Assembly (NCBI GenBank): GCA_965203295.1
Contig: CBDBCZ010000014.1
Coordinates: 864,001 to 928,000 of the forward strand
DNA length: 64,000 nucleotides
Direction of reading: 5' to 3'
Source of the DNA: Nitrospirales bacterium
GTDB lineage: Bacteria; Nitrospirota; Nitrospiria; Nitrospirales; UBA8639
Positions 61,200 to 64,000 of the stretch are shown here, piece by piece. Positions within the stretch are counted from its first letter, which is position 1; each line of letters begins with the position of its first letter. The notes beneath the pieces are model-generated. The model worked only from the letters and a program-made list of their open reading frames with translations, was not told the origin of the DNA and made no database searches. The translations under genes and the position numbers were made by a program.

Positions 61200-61621
61200 C
61201 CTTCAGCCAGCAAGAAGTCACTCTGGGTATGTATGTGGACCGTAGTGAAGAGCCTTGTTCCCCAGTGTGGCTGGGGAATATGCTACATAGTGCATAGCAA
61301 TACCCGGTGCAGTGAGAAGAGCATCTCGTGGCACCACAAAAGTGCTCTTCGTGAGGAAGACAGGAGATCCTCTGACATACTTTTGACTCAAAGAGGGGGA
61401 TGGGCGAATAATACATCATGGGAGGATAATACGTAGTTTACGATAATATCTCTACCCTCTACCGGTGGCCTGATCATGAAGGTACGTGATGAGAGGTGTC
61501 TGCATTAGGAGGCGCTTTGGCTAGATTATATGGAGGTGGGTCTGCTACATTTCTAGATCCGTGCATACAAATATTCTAGTGTGCAAGCCCTCTAATTAGA
61601 ATGCTGCTTCCAGCAAGAGAA

Positions 61622-62170
61622 GCAGTATATACACAGGTATACAGAGGTATACCAGGGTATACCTGCGTATACCTGTGTATACTTGTGTACACCAGTGTAT
61701 ACCTACGTATACCTGTGTGTACCCGTTTATACTTGTGTATACCTGTGCGTGCTTGTGTATACCCGTCTGTACCTGTATATACTCATGTATACCACAGTAT
61801 ACCTGTGTATAATTGTGTATTTTTATGTTTACCCGTTTATGCCCGTGCATACCCGGGTATACCTGTATACCTGTGTATTCTTGTGTATACCCGTGTTTGT
61901 CCGTGTACTATGTATACTTGTGTATACCCGTGTATACTTGTGTATACCCGTGTATACTTGTGTATACCCGTGTTTACCTGTGTATACTCCTGTGTATACA
62001 TGTGTATACCCATGTAAACTTGTGTGTACTTGTGTATACTTGTGTATACTTCTTTATAATTGTGTATACCACGTGTATACATGATGCATACGTGTTGATA
62101 CCCGTGTATACTTGTGTTTAACTGTGTTTACTCGTGCATAGTACCTGTGTATACATATGCATACGTGTTT
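61622..62170. repeat. 10-bp-period satellite (ttgtgtatac / ccgtgtatac)
   Basis: About 50 degenerate decamers around the palindrome GTATAC. Accounts for the VYTCVY ORFs. Confidence 0.9.
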
Positions 62171-62476
62171 ATGCCTAGCAACCGGATGCACAAGTCGTCA
62201 CCGTTTCTTAGTGTATCCATGCAGCAATCCTATTCAATAAGTATGACGTCAAGTTTGCTATGCGTATTCAATGCAACACGAATGCGATTTGGTTGCCAGC
62301 CAGTTTGAATCGCTATTAGCAAACTGTAGCTAACTATGTCATTGGCTATACCTAGCGAATTTTGTCTCGGTTTAGACTTTCGTTGTTGCAAGAATTTTGG
62401 TGATAAGGCTCCAGATTACACGCCAATGCGTGCTGCTACAGTCAGTGGCCCGAGTGTGATGATCGATCGTGATTAT

Positions 62477-63680
62477 ATGGCCGACTTTTTACCCCCAAAG
62501 AAGCAACCCAAGTTAGCTGAGAAAGAGAATCAGCACACAAGCGAGGATTCTGTGAAGCTACGTGGCAAAGTGAGCTTGTCACTTATAAAAAGTGAAGGGT
62601 AAGAGGAAGTCAAAAATCGTTTTGTCGATACATCATGTGGAAAAGCTTACCAATTAATCAAAGGGATATGTACCTCAGTACACAGAGAAGATCACGCAGT
62701 GGGCCGTGCGAGTTTTTGAGCAGTGGCAAGTGGCTAGATGTGTTTGGAGAAATCCCGTTCTCGATGAACTACTTCAAGCACCCTGTGATATTGGTACACT
62801 TTTCCACGGGTTATCCCTTTTTGTAAGTGAGGTCAGAAAGGCTCACGGTTCTTTGTATCCACCGAAGAGCAATTATCAGCTTTTGTGCGGTATTTTGCGT
62901 TACATGAAGCAGAGAGACCCATTTACCCCAAACTTTCTCGGGGCAAGATGGCCGTTTTAGCGAGCTTCACAGCACATGTGAGTCTGTGTTCAGGCAGCTG
63001 CGAGAGAAGGGTGTTGGAGCTAATTAGCCCTAACAAAACTGCTTCTACTTCCAAGGAAGAAGAAAACATGCTTTGGGATAAAAAGATACTCGGCACTTCA
63101 AATCCACTGATGTTGCAAAGAGCTGTGATTTTTTTCTGTTGGGAAGGTGTTTTGTTTACGGGGAGGTGAAGACCAGTGCAAATTAAAGCCTAGCCAGTTG
63201 ATTCGTAAGAGCAACCCCGATTGGTACGTGTACGTGGAAACAAGAAGCAAGAATCAAACTGGTGGTTTGAAGCAGCTAGACGCTGAGAATAAAGTTGTCC
63301 ATGGTTATGCTTCACCAGCTGATGGGGAGCGGTGCTTGGTTTACCTTCTTTATTTCTACCTTAATAATTACCGCCAATTGCGTTTGAAAAAGATATTCTG
63401 TATATGCAACCAAAGAATCAGGTTCCTGATGATCCAGCACCATCATGATATAATTGTTAGCCAGTTGGAAAACACAAGTTGAATGGTATGGTTGCAGCAA
63501 TGTTTGAAGGAGCTGGTGGGCAGGAGCGTAAAACAAACCACTTGCTACGAGTAACTGGAGCTACTGCATTGTACACTGGGGAGGTTCCAGAAAGGGAAAT
63601 ACAGCAGAGAACAGGGCATAGATCACTATGAACGTACCAGTGAACAACAGCAATAGGCTATTTCACACATGCTCGTTTTG
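62477..63680 (+). pseudogene. Crypton-type tyrosine recombinase (DUF3504 / ZMYM-KCTD1-QRICH1 family) remnant
   Basis: LSLFVSEVRKAHGSLYPPKSNYQLLCGILRYM, LWDKKILGTSNPLMLQRAV, FCLRGGED (R), SKNQTGG (K), RCLVYL, RKTNHLLRVTGAT (HxxR at 63539), TGHRSL, then YERTS after a short deletion. Multiple frameshifts. Confidence 0.85.
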
Positions 63681-64000
63681 CCTGCAGAGTAGTCATACAC
63701 TGATAGTCTTGTACCTGCTCAGTCTAGGCCATTATCAAAAGTTCATTAGTCATCGGTTAAGTCACAAACCCATGTATCATCACATGTATGTGTACCACCA
63801 AATTTCAACCTTCAGAGCTTGTTTTTGGCATCTATTGGTGGAACAATCAATATTTGCCCACAGGGTAACCTAGTTACAAATGTTGTAAACACCCCTTCAT
63901 CCTTCCCTTCATCTATGTATAAGGATTGTGAAGAGGTTGACCAGCTTGTAGAAGATGCTTGATTTGATTGAGTGTTTGTATCTTGTGAACTTTTGCACTT

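Noticed and set aside
61596..62121. VYTCVYLCIP-type ORFs
   Set aside because: Translations of the GTATAC satellite.

Overview
Intron-rich, roughly 42% GC animal DNA. The gene and repeat content resembles a demosponge or other non-bilaterian marine invertebrate; this is inference, not a taxonomic identification. No complete intact host gene could be assembled. The window holds five decayed spliced genes: (i) a minus-strand coiled-coil + Cys-rich + two-Ig gene (0.4-11.7 kb) with an inverted partial duplicate (14.5-15.9 kb); (ii) an antisense EGF-EGF-SRCR fragment; (iii) an NPHP3-like NACHT gene (20.3-38.7 kb) with an in-frame TAG; (iv) an unidentified decayed gene head-to-head with it; (v) an Ig-HormR-GAIN-7TM adhesion GPCR pseudogene (48.6-58.8 kb). 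Mobile DNA includes a young Gypsy-type LTR element with a continuous gag-protease ORF but RT/RNaseH/IN deleted, plus hAT, P-type and Crypton-type (tyrosine recombinase) remnants, LINE fragments, TA-flanked MITEs, a cargo-carrying long-TIR element, a tRNA-like repeat, a degenerate Penelope-type hammerhead and several satellites. The most striking unexplained structure is a family of ~100-160 nt hairpins with largely different arms. Three share an identical 19-nt apex (CCGAGGGCGAAGCCCGAGG). They carry symmetric CGAG/CGAG mismatches that would form sheared G.A pairs on only one strand. Three sit next to a short inverted-repeat-bounded body, and at least one appears inserted without a target-site duplication. 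This suggests non-autonomous elements recognised as folded single-stranded DNA, possibly mobilised by Crypton-type recombinases.
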